A DNA stretch of 63,947 nucleotides, the filler included, from an uncultured Gemmatimonadota bacterium (GTDB lineage: Bacteria; Blakebacterota; Blakebacteria; Blakebacterales; Blakebacteraceae), in assembly GCA_964576115.1 (NCBI GenBank). It is 4 parts of 4 records of this genome, joined end to end, with 100 filler letters (N's around TTAATTAATTAA, not from the genome) between each part and the next. Parts side by side here need not be neighbours in the genome. Positions count along the whole stretch, not along the records: positions 1 to 19,159 come from CAZNUA010000056.1; 3 more parts are not named here. One strand, given 5' to 3'. A program made the translations under genes and the position numbers. Positions 8,629-17,987 of this stretch are shown piece after piece (within the stretch, counting starts at the first letter, position 1; every line of letters starts with the position of its first letter). The notes under the pieces were generated by a model, which saw nothing but the letters and a program-made list of their open reading frames with translations, was not told the DNA's origin and searched no databases.

Positions 8629-11600
8629 CTACCGTTCCTCCGGCCCTTCCTGAGGCGGCGGGTAACGGAAGCGGCGGTCGGGGTAGGGCGGCGGTGGCGG
8701 CACCTCGCGCGGATCCTCGGCGATCCGTTCGAGCAGGTAGTCGATGGCTGCCTGCAATTGGGCATCGGAACCGTTGAAAGTGGCGTGGGGCAGGTTATCC
8801 ACCTCCATGTCGGGGACCACGCCGATCTGCTCGATCAGCCATTCTCCCTCGGGCCCGTAGACGCCGTCCATCGGGGCGCGAGCCAGGCCGCCGTCGCTCA
8901 GCCGGTTCGACGAACTCAGCCAGATTTCCCCGCCCCAGGTACGCATGCCGATCACCGGGCCCAACCCGAGCCGGCGGAATCCTTCGGCAAAGGCCTCACC
9001 ATCAGAGGCGGTGTTCTGGTCGACCAGCACCACCATGTACCCGCGGAAGGCGTAGTGCATGTTCCAGGTCGGCTGTCCCGCCCGGTCCTTCCAGTACATC
9101 CACGCCTTGCGCATCAGCTTCTCCAGGATGAAGCTGTCGATGTTGCCGCCGCTGTTGCGACGCACATCCACGATCAGACCGGGGCGATTGAAGACCGGGT
9201 AGAAGTTGCGGTACCACTCGGTCAGATTACCGCCGCCCATCGCCCGCAGGTGCACGTAGCCGATCTGTCCCTCACTCTGCTCCTCGACCTCGAGCCGGCG
9301 GGTGTACTCCCAGTCGCTGTAGCGCAGCCCCGACTCGCTTCTGAGCGGTTCGACGATCACCTGGCGCCGGTCGCCGGTGCGGCCCGAACGCAGGCCGAGT
9401 AGAACCTGTCGGCCCGCCGAGTTGCGGAGCAGGTTGCCGATGTCGAACGCCTCCAGGGTGCTCACCCCGTCGATCGTCTCGATGATATCGCCGGCTTCGA
9501 TGGCCAGATAGGGATCGGCCAGCGGCGAGCGTTCGTCGGGGTAATCGGGATCGGATCGATAGATGTAGTCGATCCGGTAGCCGCCCGCTGCGGGATCCTT
9601 GAAAAGCCGGGCGCCCAGCGAGGCAACGCTGACGTCGTCGGGATCCTGGCGGACATCGCCGCCCCGCACGCTGGTGTGCAGGGCCGAGAGTTCCCCGACG
9701 ACCCGCCCGATGAGATCGGAGAGTTCGTTACGCGTGGTGACCCGGTCTATGAGCGGCAGGTACTTGTCGCGCACCCCTTCCCAGTCCACGTTGTGCATCC
9801 CCGGGTCGTAGAAGTAGTCCCGCTCGAGACGCCAGGCGTCGATGAAGATCTGCCGCCAGTCCTCACGCACGTCGATCGAAAAGGCCCAACCGCTCAGGTC
9901 GATCCGGTTGTCGGCCAGATTGTTGGCCCGCTGCGGGCGGGCGTTGATCACCGAGATGTTGCTCCCCTGGCGGATCATCATCCGCGACCGGTCGGCGGAG
10001 AGTTCGTAGGAACCTGTCCCGCTGGCGACCTCGACCGGTTCGGGATCGTCGTTGTCGATGGCGAGCGCCATCAGGGACGTTCCCGACTGGCCCCGGGATA
10101 CCCAGTAGAGGGCATTGCGACCCGCTGCCAGGGAACTGTAGTTGCCCGACGGGACCGGTACCTGGTCGATCCGGGCCATCAGGCCTTCGACGTCGATGCG
10201 CACGGGGACCGGTTCGTCACCCCGCTCGCGTTCTTCACCGGCGGGTTCGGAGTAGAGTTCATCATCGGGGCGGAAGGGCGAGCGCAGACCCGACCGCAGC
10301 GCCACGTGGAAGATCTCCATCTGGCGGTCGAAGTAGGGTTCGGGCTGGCGGGTGCCCCACGGGCTGCTGACCGAGGAGCGCAGATTCCGGTCCGAGAGGA
10401 AGTAGAGGAAGTCGCCGTCGGCGTCCCAGCTCGCGCTGAAGCTGTTCACCCGGTCGCTGGTGACCGGGATCGTGGTACGTTCCTGCGTGTCGTACAGCAC
10501 GATCTGCCGGAACGAATTCAGGGCCGTCATGCTGTAGGCCAGCCAGCGGCTGTCAGGGGACCAGGCCAGGTCGCTGGCACCCTCCTGGTTCAGCGAGATC
10601 CGGCGCTGGCGACCCGATTCGACCTCCAGGAGCCAGAGATTGCGGTTGTTGTCGGCGTAAGCGATCCGTTCCCCGTCGGGGGAGGGCACTCCCTGAAACC
10701 GGAGCACCTCGCCGTCATCGGTCAGAGGCTCATCGGGGCCGATCCCATCGGCGGGCAGGGTGACGAACTCCAGCTCGCCCGATTCGTCCGAGAGGCCCAG
10801 CAGCCGTTCTCCGTCGGGCATGAACACCACGTCACGGAAGCGAACGCCGTCCTTGCGTGAGGCGCGGACGAGGCGCCCGCTTCCCGCCGGAGCCACGAAG
10901 ACCCGGCCCCGGGCGGTCAGGACCACGCTCTCCCCCTCGGGGTGCAGGTGCACCGACGTCAGGAACTGCTGGGGATCGTCCTCCCACCTCTCGCGGAGCT
11001 GATCGAAGTCCGAGGCCAGCGTGATCGGGATGAGACTCGACCGGTCCGAGGCGATATCGTAGAGCCAGAGATCCGCACCCAGGTTGTAGACGATCCGTCC
11101 GTCGGAGAGATCGGGCCACTTCACATCCCAGCCGCTGTGCCGGGTGTGCTGCCGTACGTCACTCCCGTCTGCGGCCATCGACCAGATGTTCATGGTCCCG
11201 TCCCGGTCGGTGACGAAGTACACCCGGTCTCGCCACCACATCGGCGAGTGGCTTTCACCGTCATAGTCGCCGGTGAGTTCGACCGCTTCATCCATGCCGG
11301 CGCCGAACGTCCACACGTCACGGGCCGTGCCGCCCGTGTAGCGTCTGGTGACGTTGTTGTGAAAGGCGGGCCGAACGAAGTAGAGGGTGCGTCCCGGGCC
11401 GTCGTACGTGGCCTCGCTGGCGGTCGAGAGCGGGACAACTTCCCGGGTGCCATCCTCGAGATCGACGATGGCCAGCTGGGGCACCGGGAGGGTGGCGTAG
11501 TGGGTCGTCTCATAGACCAGGCGACCGTCGGGAGTCCAGGCGGTGGCGATCGAGCTTTCCGATTCATAGCTGCGTCGCACCGGTGCTCCGCCCGTGATCG

Positions 11601-11931
11601 GCATCGTGTAGACCTCGGCCGGTCCTTCATAACGGGCCGTGAAGGCTACCAGGCTGCCATCAGGTGAGATGACCGGGTCGGTTTCCTCTTCGGCATGGGT
11701 GGTCAGGCGTCGGGCCAGACCGCCGGCACTGGAAACGCACCACAGGTCGCCCTCGGCGGCAAAAACGATGGTCTCACCGTGCAGGGCGGGGAACCGGTAA
11801 TAGCCCGGGCGGCCCTGCTGCCGGGATTGGGCTGTTGCCACGACCGGGCCTGCCAGTGAAATGAGCGCGAACAGGATGAGACCGGTCAGGCAGATCGTGC
11901 GGGATCGGGATCGGAACATGACATACCTCAT
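8629..11931 (-). CDS. Tricorn-like S41 protease (beta-propellers, PDZ, S41 domain)
   Basis: GYYRFPALHGETIVFAAEGDLW, ELSALHT, IGYVHL, DVRRNSGGNI, TASDGE (catalytic Ser), GMRTWGG; signal peptide. Confidence 0.93.
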   Translation of the reverse strand: MRYVMFRSRSRTICLTGLILFALISLAGPVVATAQSRQQGRPGYYRFPALHGETIVFAAEGDLWCVSSAGGLARRLTTHAEEETDPVISPDGSLVAFTARYEGPAEVYTMPITGGAPVRRSYESESSIATAWTPDGRLVYETTHYATLPVPQLAIVDLEDGTREVVPLSTASEATYDGPGRTLYFVRPAFHNNVTRRYTGGTARDVWTFGAGMDEAVELTGDYDGESHSPMWWRDRVYFVTDRDGTMNIWSMAADGSDVRQHTRHSGWDVKWPDLSDGRIVYNLGADLWLYDIASDRSSLIPITLASDFDQLRERWEDDPQQFLTSVHLHPEGESVVLTARGRVFVAPAGSGRLVRASRKDGVRFRDVVFMPDGERLLGLSDESGELEFVTLPADGIGPDEPLTDDGEVLRFQGVPSPDGERIAYADNNRNLWLLEVESGRQRRISLNQEGASDLAWSPDSRWLAYSMTALNSFRQIVLYDTQERTTIPVTSDRVNSFSASWDADGDFLYFLSDRNLRSSVSSPWGTRQPEPYFDRQMEIFHVALRSGLRSPFRPDDELYSEPAGEERERGDEPVPVRIDVEGLMARIDQVPVPSGNYSSLAAGRNALYWVSRGQSGTSLMALAIDNDDPEPVEVASGTGSYELSADRSRMMIRQGSNISVINARPQRANNLADNRIDLSGWAFSIDVREDWRQIFIDAWRLERDYFYDPGMHNVDWEGVRDKYLPLIDRVTTRNELSDLIGRVVGELSALHTSVRGGDVRQDPDDVSVASLGARLFKDPAAGGYRIDYIYRSDPDYPDERSPLADPYLAIEAGDIIETIDGVSTLEAFDIGNLLRNSAGRQVLLGLRSGRTGDRRQVIVEPLRSESGLRYSDWEYTRRLEVEEQSEGQIGYVHLRAMGGGNLTEWYRNFYPVFNRPGLIVDVRRNSGGNIDSFILEKLMRKAWMYWKDRAGQPTWNMHYAFRGYMVVLVDQNTASDGEAFAEGFRRLGLGPVIGMRTWGGEIWLSSSNRLSDGGLARAPMDGVYGPEGEWLIEQIGVVPDMEVDNLPHATFNGSDAQLQAAIDYLLERIAEDPREVPPPPPYPDRRFRYPPPQEGPEER

Positions 11932-12213
11932 TTGCGTGCGTGGAGACTGATGGCCGGAACAGGTGAACTGCGGAACAGGTCATTCACATTCATGCCGCAT
12001 TGTAGCAACCCTATTCAGAATGTGAAATTCGCTCCTTGGGCCTTCAGTGGGCGCTGCCAGGCGAAGGCTCAGCGAGAATCCCCCTCCGGTATAGCGTAAC
12101 TCCGTCGTGTCTGCTCCGTATGAGGAAGGAACAACAGAACGGTGACTCCCGGATCGATGCCTGTACTTTCTGGATATCGCATATTCGGGGCTGTGAACGG
12201 AGGGAATCAGACG

Positions 12214-13110
12214 ATGACCGCACGGGCGACGCTGGCGGGTATTCTGTTGACCGGGGTTTTCCTGTCACAGCTGAACGCGCAGGAGGTGGAATTCCTGGAC
12301 GTGGCCGGTCCCTATCTCGGTCAGAATCCACCGGGGAATGTGCCCGAGATTTTTGCCCCCGGTATCATATCGGTCGACGAAAATTTCGAGCACAGCGCGG
12401 CCGCCGTTTCCCATGACGGCCGTGAGATCTTCTGGTGCACCAACGTCGACTGGTATACCGAACACAGACAGCAGGGGATGCTACGTCTGTATTACTCGGA
12501 GATGATCGACGGACGATGGACTGCCCCCCGGATTGTACCGTTCACCGACGAGAGCGTGGAAAGGCCGATGTTTTCCCCCGACGGGAACAGTCTCTACTTC
12601 GAGAAGATCCGCGCGCCCGATCAGGTGGACAACATGGATATCTTTGTCGTCCACCGCACCGGCGACGGCTGGTCGGAGCCGGTTCCGGTATCGTCGCTGA
12701 TCAATTCGCCGGCCATCGAACGGCTGCATTGCGTGGCCGGTGACGGCTCTCTCTATTTCGCCCGGGATCCCTTCACCAGCCGGGAAGAGATATTCGTGTC
12801 CCGGCTCGCAGACGGGGAGTTCACCGAGCCGGAAGAACTGGGTGAGAGTTTCAACTCCGAGGCCGGCGAACTGGCCCTGATCCTCTCACCCGATGAGAGC
12901 TTCATGCTGATCGATGTCATGAACGATCACTACACCAGCGATCTGTACGTGTCCTATCGCAATGCCGATGGATCGTGGTCGGAGCGTGTCAGGACTCCCT
13001 ACGAGTGCGGCGGATTCCTCTCTCTGTCAACCGACGGCCGGTATCTGTTTCTGCTGGGGGAGGGTATCTGCTGGGTCAGCACCGCCTTCGTGGAGGATCT
13101 GAGGCCGTAG
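12214..13110 (+). CDS. Secreted PD40/TolB-like beta-propeller protein
   Basis: GPYLGQNPPG..PEIFAPGIIS, repeated FSPDG/SPDE/STDG motifs, GWSEP; ATG 12214 after GGAGGG. Confidence 0.75.
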   Translation: MTARATLAGILLTGVFLSQLNAQEVEFLDVAGPYLGQNPPGNVPEIFAPGIISVDENFEHSAAAVSHDGREIFWCTNVDWYTEHRQQGMLRLYYSEMIDGRWTAPRIVPFTDESVERPMFSPDGNSLYFEKIRAPDQVDNMDIFVVHRTGDGWSEPVPVSSLINSPAIERLHCVAGDGSLYFARDPFTSREEIFVSRLADGEFTEPEELGESFNSEAGELALILSPDESFMLIDVMNDHYTSDLYVSYRNADGSWSERVRTPYECGGFLSLSTDGRYLFLLGEGICWVSTAFVEDLRP

Positions 13111-13192
13111 TGCCCTGAGTCACATATTCGTTGTCATTCGTGTTGCTGGACTGCAGGTGAGTAAACACGGTCATATTCCCGGTAATAGCCGT

Positions 13193-15913
13193 CTATTCGC
13201 TCCGCAGTACCGCCACCGGGTCGAGTCGGGTGATCCGGTGGGCCGGGAGCAGGGCGGCCAACCAGGCTACACCGGTCAGGAGCAGGGCGGTTGAAAGGAA
13301 AGTCGCCGGGTCGGTCGTCGAGACGCCGTAGACGAGTCCGGCGAGAAGGCGGGCAAGAGCCGCCGCCCCGGCCAGACCGAGCCCGATCCCGATCAGCACG
13401 GTTCCCATGCTCTCCCGTACGATACCCGCTCGCACCCGGGCCACGGTCGCGCCCAGGGCCAGTCTGATGCCCAGCTCGCGCGTGCGCAGGCTGATGGCGT
13501 AGGCGACGATTCCGAACACGCCCACCGCAGCCACGATCACAGCCACGGCCGCGAAAAGCCCCAGCAGCAGGGCGGCCGACCGTTCGGCGCCGATCGAGGC
13601 GCCGGTGACTTCGTCGAGGGCGTGGATGTCGAACAGGGGCAGGTCGGGATCCATCTCGTGAACAAGGGCTCGCACAGCAGGGAGCAGGGCGTAGGGATCA
13701 CCGCGAGTACGCGCGATGAAGGTCATGTAGGTGCGGTAGGAGAGATTGTAGTAGGGGGCGTAGAGCACAGCCGGGGTTTCATGCTCGCGCAACCCGTGAA
13801 CCTGCACGTCCCGCGCGACACCGACGATTTCTGAAGGCGGAATGAGCGGGTCGTCGGGGACGCCGATGGTGACCCGTTTGCCGAGGGGATCCTCATCGGG
13901 CCAGAAGTGCCGGGCCAGACTTTCGTTGATGACGACCACCGGCCTTTCGAAGGATCGGTCGTCGGATTCGAAACCCCGGCCCGCGATGAGGGGAATCTGC
14001 ATGGTCTCGAAGTAGCCGGGGGTGATCGAACGGTAGGCGATCATGGGAGGGCTGGCGTTGTCGCTGGCACTGCGTCCCTCGATGTTGAGCCAGGCGCCGT
14101 GGCGGTCCCCCGAGGTGGGGATGATTTCGCTGGCGGCGACCGAGACCGTGCCGGGCAGGCGGCCGAGGCGGTCCAGGACCTCATCAAAGAAAGCCACCCG
14201 TTGAGCATAGGCGGTATATCGGCTGGTCGGCAGAGTCACCTCGAAGGTCAGGGTGTCGCGGTCATTGAATCCGGGATCGATACCGTGAAGGCGGGTAAGG
14301 GTGTTCACCATCAGGCCGGCCCCGATGAGCAGGATGGTCGCCAGAGCGACCTCGGTTACGATCAGGAGTCGGCGGATGACACTGGTCCGCTTGTCGCCCG
14401 CCGTGCGGCGCAGCATCCCTCCGGCGGATTCCTCGGGCAGGTTCAGAGCCGGGACGATCCCGAAGCCCAGACCGGCCAGCAGGCTCAAGACCAGGCAGAA
14501 GGCGAGCACGGGAGCGTGCAGGCCGATCTGACCGACCCGGGGGATGTCGCCGGGCAGGGTCGAGAGCAGCAGGTGCAGCAGGACGACACCGAAACCGATG
14601 CCGGCCGCCGCCCCCAGCAAACCCAGTACGCCCCCCTCGGTCAGCATCTGGCGCAGGAGCCGGCCGCGCGAAGCGCCCAGGGCCAGGCGGGCAGCGACTT
14701 CGTGCCGCCGGCGGGCCGCCCGGGCCAGCAACAGGTTGGCCAGGTTCCCGCAGACGATGAGCAGCACGAAAGCGACCGCGCCCATGAGAACGAGCAGGCG
14801 CATCTCGACGCCGGCGACGAGGTGATGGCGCAGGCTGATCAGATGCAGCTCGGTCCGCTCGTTGACCATCGGGTCGGCTTCACGCAGGTGGGTTTCGAGG
14901 GCCTCGAGTTCGGCTCGGCTCTGCTCGAGGGTGACGCCGTCGGCCAGGCGGGCGACGACCGAGAGCATGGTCTGGGTGCGCACGGTCAGGAACGCATCGG
15001 AGTACCGGCCGGCGATCCAGAGGGCGGCCTCTTCGTCGGGAAAGTGGAAGGTCGGCGGCATGACGCCGACGACAGGCAGGGTCATGCCGTCCACGGTAAT
15101 GGTGAGATCGTCGATGTCGGGTTCGTCGGCGAAGAGCGTACGCCAGGTGTCATGGCTCAGAACTACAGCCAGTTCAGAAGCCGGACCGGTATCATCGCGG
15201 GTGAAGGTGCGCCCGACGAAGGCCGGGACTTCGAGGACGTCGAAAATCGAATCGATGCAGAAGATCACGGTTACCAGACGGGGCTCGCCGCGGCCGGTCA
15301 CGGTCATGTCGGCGGCTTGAAAGGCCGCCATGGCCGAGTAAGAGGTCGAGAGGTCGCGCAGGTCGGCGTAATTACCGGGGGAGGTAGGCATCAAACCGCC
15401 GGTCTCGTTGAGATGCCAGAGGGTCGCGAGCCGGTCCGGTTCGTGGTAGCCGAGCGGTTTGATCAGCACGCCGTGCACGACACTGAAGATGGCGGTGTTC
15501 GCACCCACTCCGAGTCCGAGGGTCAGGATAGCCACGGCCAGGAAGCCGGGGCTGCGGCGCAGGGTGCGCAGGCTGAAGCGGAGATCCTGAAGCAGGTCGG
15601 CGGCCAGACTACCGGCCGGGCGCCGGACTCGTATCATTTCTTCGGAGTGCTGCAACCGGCGTTCGGCACCAGGGGTGCGGCGCGAGCGACGGGAGCGCAC
15701 GATCCGGTCCGCCAGGTCACCGTGATCAACCACAACCGCCCGGGCCTGCTCCTCGGCCTCGGCGGGTGATGCCCCCCCAGCCAGGGCGTCCTGATAGGTC
15801 TGCTCCAACTCCAGAGCCAGTTCCTCGATGACTCGCCGACGGTATCCATCCTCGAGCTCGGTGAGAGGCAGAAGAGTTGCGAGGTAACCGGCCCAGTCAG
15901 GCATCTCAGGCAT
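13193..15913 (-). CDS. ADOP-type duplicated ABC permease with N-terminal helical (permease-prefix/HAAS-like) domain
   Basis: EELALELEQTYQDALAGGASPAEAE N-domain; QDLRFSLRTLRRSPGF; GANTAIFSVV; RELGIRLALGA; LDPVAVLRSE; start overlaps padR stop. Confidence 0.92.
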   Translation of the reverse strand: MPEMPDWAGYLATLLPLTELEDGYRRRVIEELALELEQTYQDALAGGASPAEAEEQARAVVVDHGDLADRIVRSRRSRRTPGAERRLQHSEEMIRVRRPAGSLAADLLQDLRFSLRTLRRSPGFLAVAILTLGLGVGANTAIFSVVHGVLIKPLGYHEPDRLATLWHLNETGGLMPTSPGNYADLRDLSTSYSAMAAFQAADMTVTGRGEPRLVTVIFCIDSIFDVLEVPAFVGRTFTRDDTGPASELAVVLSHDTWRTLFADEPDIDDLTITVDGMTLPVVGVMPPTFHFPDEEAALWIAGRYSDAFLTVRTQTMLSVVARLADGVTLEQSRAELEALETHLREADPMVNERTELHLISLRHHLVAGVEMRLLVLMGAVAFVLLIVCGNLANLLLARAARRRHEVAARLALGASRGRLLRQMLTEGGVLGLLGAAAGIGFGVVLLHLLLSTLPGDIPRVGQIGLHAPVLAFCLVLSLLAGLGFGIVPALNLPEESAGGMLRRTAGDKRTSVIRRLLIVTEVALATILLIGAGLMVNTLTRLHGIDPGFNDRDTLTFEVTLPTSRYTAYAQRVAFFDEVLDRLGRLPGTVSVAASEIIPTSGDRHGAWLNIEGRSASDNASPPMIAYRSITPGYFETMQIPLIAGRGFESDDRSFERPVVVINESLARHFWPDEDPLGKRVTIGVPDDPLIPPSEIVGVARDVQVHGLREHETPAVLYAPYYNLSYRTYMTFIARTRGDPYALLPAVRALVHEMDPDLPLFDIHALDEVTGASIGAERSAALLLGLFAAVAVIVAAVGVFGIVAYAISLRTRELGIRLALGATVARVRAGIVRESMGTVLIGIGLGLAGAAALARLLAGLVYGVSTTDPATFLSTALLLTGVAWLAALLPAHRITRLDPVAVLRSE

Positions 15914-16238
15914 TGCCCGGCTCCACGATGGCGTTGACGGCGTCGATATACTCGACCCAGGTCCGACGGCGGGTGGTGAGTGCCTTACGGCCCCTGGCCG
16001 TCAGGCTGTAGAAACAGCGTCGGCGCTGGCCCTGCTTCTCGACCCAGCGGCCCTTCAGCCAGCCCTTTTCCTCCATGGCGTAAAGGGTGGGGTAGAGGGT
16101 CGAGGCCGAAAAGGAGAGGCGCTCGTCGGAGAGGCTGCGGATCAGCTTGCCGATCTCGTAGCCGTGCCGGGGCTGGTGCTCGAGCAGCGAGAGAATGAGC
16201 AGTTCGATGTTTCCCTTCTTTAGATCGGGCGTGAACAT
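15906..16238 (-). CDS. PadR family transcriptional regulator
   Basis: LKKGNIELLILSLLE..RHGYEI...TLYPTL...RRRCFYSLT; ATG 16238 after GGAGG. Confidence 0.92.
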   Translation of the reverse strand: MFTPDLKKGNIELLILSLLEHQPRHGYEIGKLIRSLSDERLSFSASTLYPTLYAMEEKGWLKGRWVEKQGQRRRCFYSLTARGRKALTTRRRTWVEYIDAVNAIVEPGNA

Positions 16239-16264
16239 AGGCGCCTCCATAGTTCTGCTGTGTA

Positions 16265-16283
16265 TATATCGGCTGCCGTACTA
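16265..16283. promoter_or_regulatory. Candidate PadR operator TATATCG-N5-CGTACTA
   Basis: Imperfect 7-5-7 inverted repeat 26 bp upstream of padR 16238, same spacing and pattern as 2905-2923. Confidence 0.5.
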
Positions 16284-16345
16284 TACGGGAGAAAGGCGCA
16301 CTTTGTTTCCTGATCACGTACCGCGTATCAGGGGGATGTCAGTAT

Positions 16346-16377
16346 TGGTAGCGGGGGCCCGATTCGAACCTGCGATC
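16346..16377 (-). other. 3'-terminal tRNA-like fragment (tRNA-Met/fMet-like), possible att remnant
   Basis: Minus strand GATCGCAGGTTCGAATCGGGCCCCCGCTACCA: T-loop GGTTCGAATC plus acceptor 3' strand and CCA; no 5' half, T-stem mismatched. Confidence 0.6.
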
Positions 16378-16439
16378 TGTGTATCACGGATCGCTCATTG
16401 ATGCCGCCCGAAGGTTTCAACCCCCTAGCTAGATTCGAG

Positions 16440-16598
16440 ATATTGGTGAAGGCTGCGCCGGCGATAGCACCGGTCATCGTTCAGGCCAGGGTGGCGGCCG
16501 CCAGGGCCCGGAAGGCGACGGCGGTCGGCGCTGAAAAGCCAGGCGATCGCGAGCAGGATCGGGATCCCGGCCAGGCTGATCAGGTTCCAGGCTTCCAC
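16440..16598 (-). pseudogene. Internally deleted NupC/CNT nucleoside transporter remnant
   Basis: N-terminus VEAWNLISLAGIPILLAIAWLFSADRRR joined out of frame to C-terminus FRALAAATLA*TMTGAIAGAAF; both match the ends of CNT-family transporters. Confidence 0.65.
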
Positions 16599-17635
16599 AG
16601 CACTTCCCACCGGGCTCCTCGACCTCGGCCGCTCAGGCGGACCTGGCCGGCATGCTTCATCTCCGCAAGTATCTTCTTGATGAGTTGTGGACTGACAGAG
16701 GGCAGTTGAGCCTTGAGATCCGACAGAGTGAATTGCCCCACCTGATCCAATACTGTCCGCCTGACGAGTTCGCTTTTTGCGGGTCGAGCCTGTGCCGATT
16801 CCAGCTGTGCCTCGAATTCCCGATAGGCACGGTGGAGTATGCCCAGGAAGTGATTCCACCAGGGGATGATCTCATTCTTTCCGTCGTGCCAACCCTCTGA
16901 GCATTCGAACAGAATCCGGTAGTAGTCTTCTCTGCTCTCCTCGATGAGACGTTCCAGGCTTATGAAACGCGGGACGATATAGCCCTCCGATTCAAGCATC
17001 AGCGTCGTGAGAAGTCTTGAAACCCGACCGTTTCCATCCCGGAAGGGGTGGATACAGAGGAAGTCGAAGATGAAAGTCCCGATACCCAACAGAGGTGGCA
17101 GCACTCCATCAAGACCTGTTGCGGCGAGGTTGTCACACAACTCATCAATTGCACCGGGAGTTTCTCTGGCTGTTGTCGGTACGAATCGTACCCGCCTATC
17201 ACCATCGGGCAGGATTTCAATGATCTCATTGTCCTTTTCTTTCCATTGGCCTGCGTCGCCGACGGAAGTGCCCTGAGTGAAAGTGTGGAGCCGTTGTATT
17301 ACTGCTGGAGTGACGGCAACCGGTTGACGGCGGGAGAATATCCACTGCAGAGCCCTGCGATAACCTAGAAGCTCTTCTTCGGAGCGATCCCGCGGTCGGA
17401 CCTTCCCCAGAACCACAGGACGCAGACGCTCCGGTGTGACCGTGACACCCTCGATTCGGTTCGACGATTCAACGCTCTGTATGATGGCCTGCTCCCGGAG
17501 TACTGCGACGATTTCAGGTTTCTGCCTGGTCCAGAGGTCCTGTTTCCCCCTGGCTTCCATACAGGATCCCAACAGCCAACTTGTGCTGACAGGCAGGGAG
17601 ATACCGGTCAGCCTCTCAGGATGAAGAGTGAGCAA
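16580..17635 (-). CDS. Fic family protein with C-terminal winged HTH
   Basis: Catalytic HPFRDGNGRVSR; N-terminal inhibitory motif SNRIEG; TTG start after GAGGAGG; lower GC than flanks. Confidence 0.92.
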   Translation of the reverse strand: MLTLHPERLTGISLPVSTSWLLGSCMEARGKQDLWTRQKPEIVAVLREQAIIQSVESSNRIEGVTVTPERLRPVVLGKVRPRDRSEEELLGYRRALQWIFSRRQPVAVTPAVIQRLHTFTQGTSVGDAGQWKEKDNEIIEILPDGDRRVRFVPTTARETPGAIDELCDNLAATGLDGVLPPLLGIGTFIFDFLCIHPFRDGNGRVSRLLTTLMLESEGYIVPRFISLERLIEESREDYYRILFECSEGWHDGKNEIIPWWNHFLGILHRAYREFEAQLESAQARPAKSELVRRTVLDQVGQFTLSDLKAQLPSVSPQLIKKILAEMKHAGQVRLSGRGRGARWEVLWKPGT

Positions 17636-17987
17636 ATTAAAGCACCTCCTCGGAATAGTAGCCTAATAATAGCCGTTTATGAGCGGAGTAGCCAATTCAA
17701 AAATTGGAGGCTCAATTGTGACGGGCCCGGCGTGTTTTTTCGATAGAATCGCACCGATGCTCGGTTGCTTTGGGTGGTGGACACATATTCCTCACAGGCC
17801 TGCCAGCGACATCGCCGGATGCTGCAAATCCCCAGGATCGAAGTGCTGGTGAAGCCGCCTGCCGGGACTGCTGGAGGATCTGATGCACTTCAGGTATGGA
17901 ATCTGTTGCAGGGGAAAGAACGCAATGGTTGAATAGGCAACCAGCACCGAAGGTGGATCGTGGCTATGTCTTCGAGGAGGGATTGCA

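Noticed and set aside
16346-16420. Complete functional tRNA gene
   Set aside because: No D-arm, anticodon arm or 5' acceptor strand could be folded; T-stem mismatched
16481-16483. TGA in the nupC remnant as selenocysteine
   Set aside because: Lies in a deleted, frameshifted transmembrane fragment with no redox motif; a nonsense mutation is simpler
17700-17987. Riboswitch or T-box upstream of the ABC substrate-binding gene
   Set aside because: No T-box consensus or recognisable aptamer found by eye
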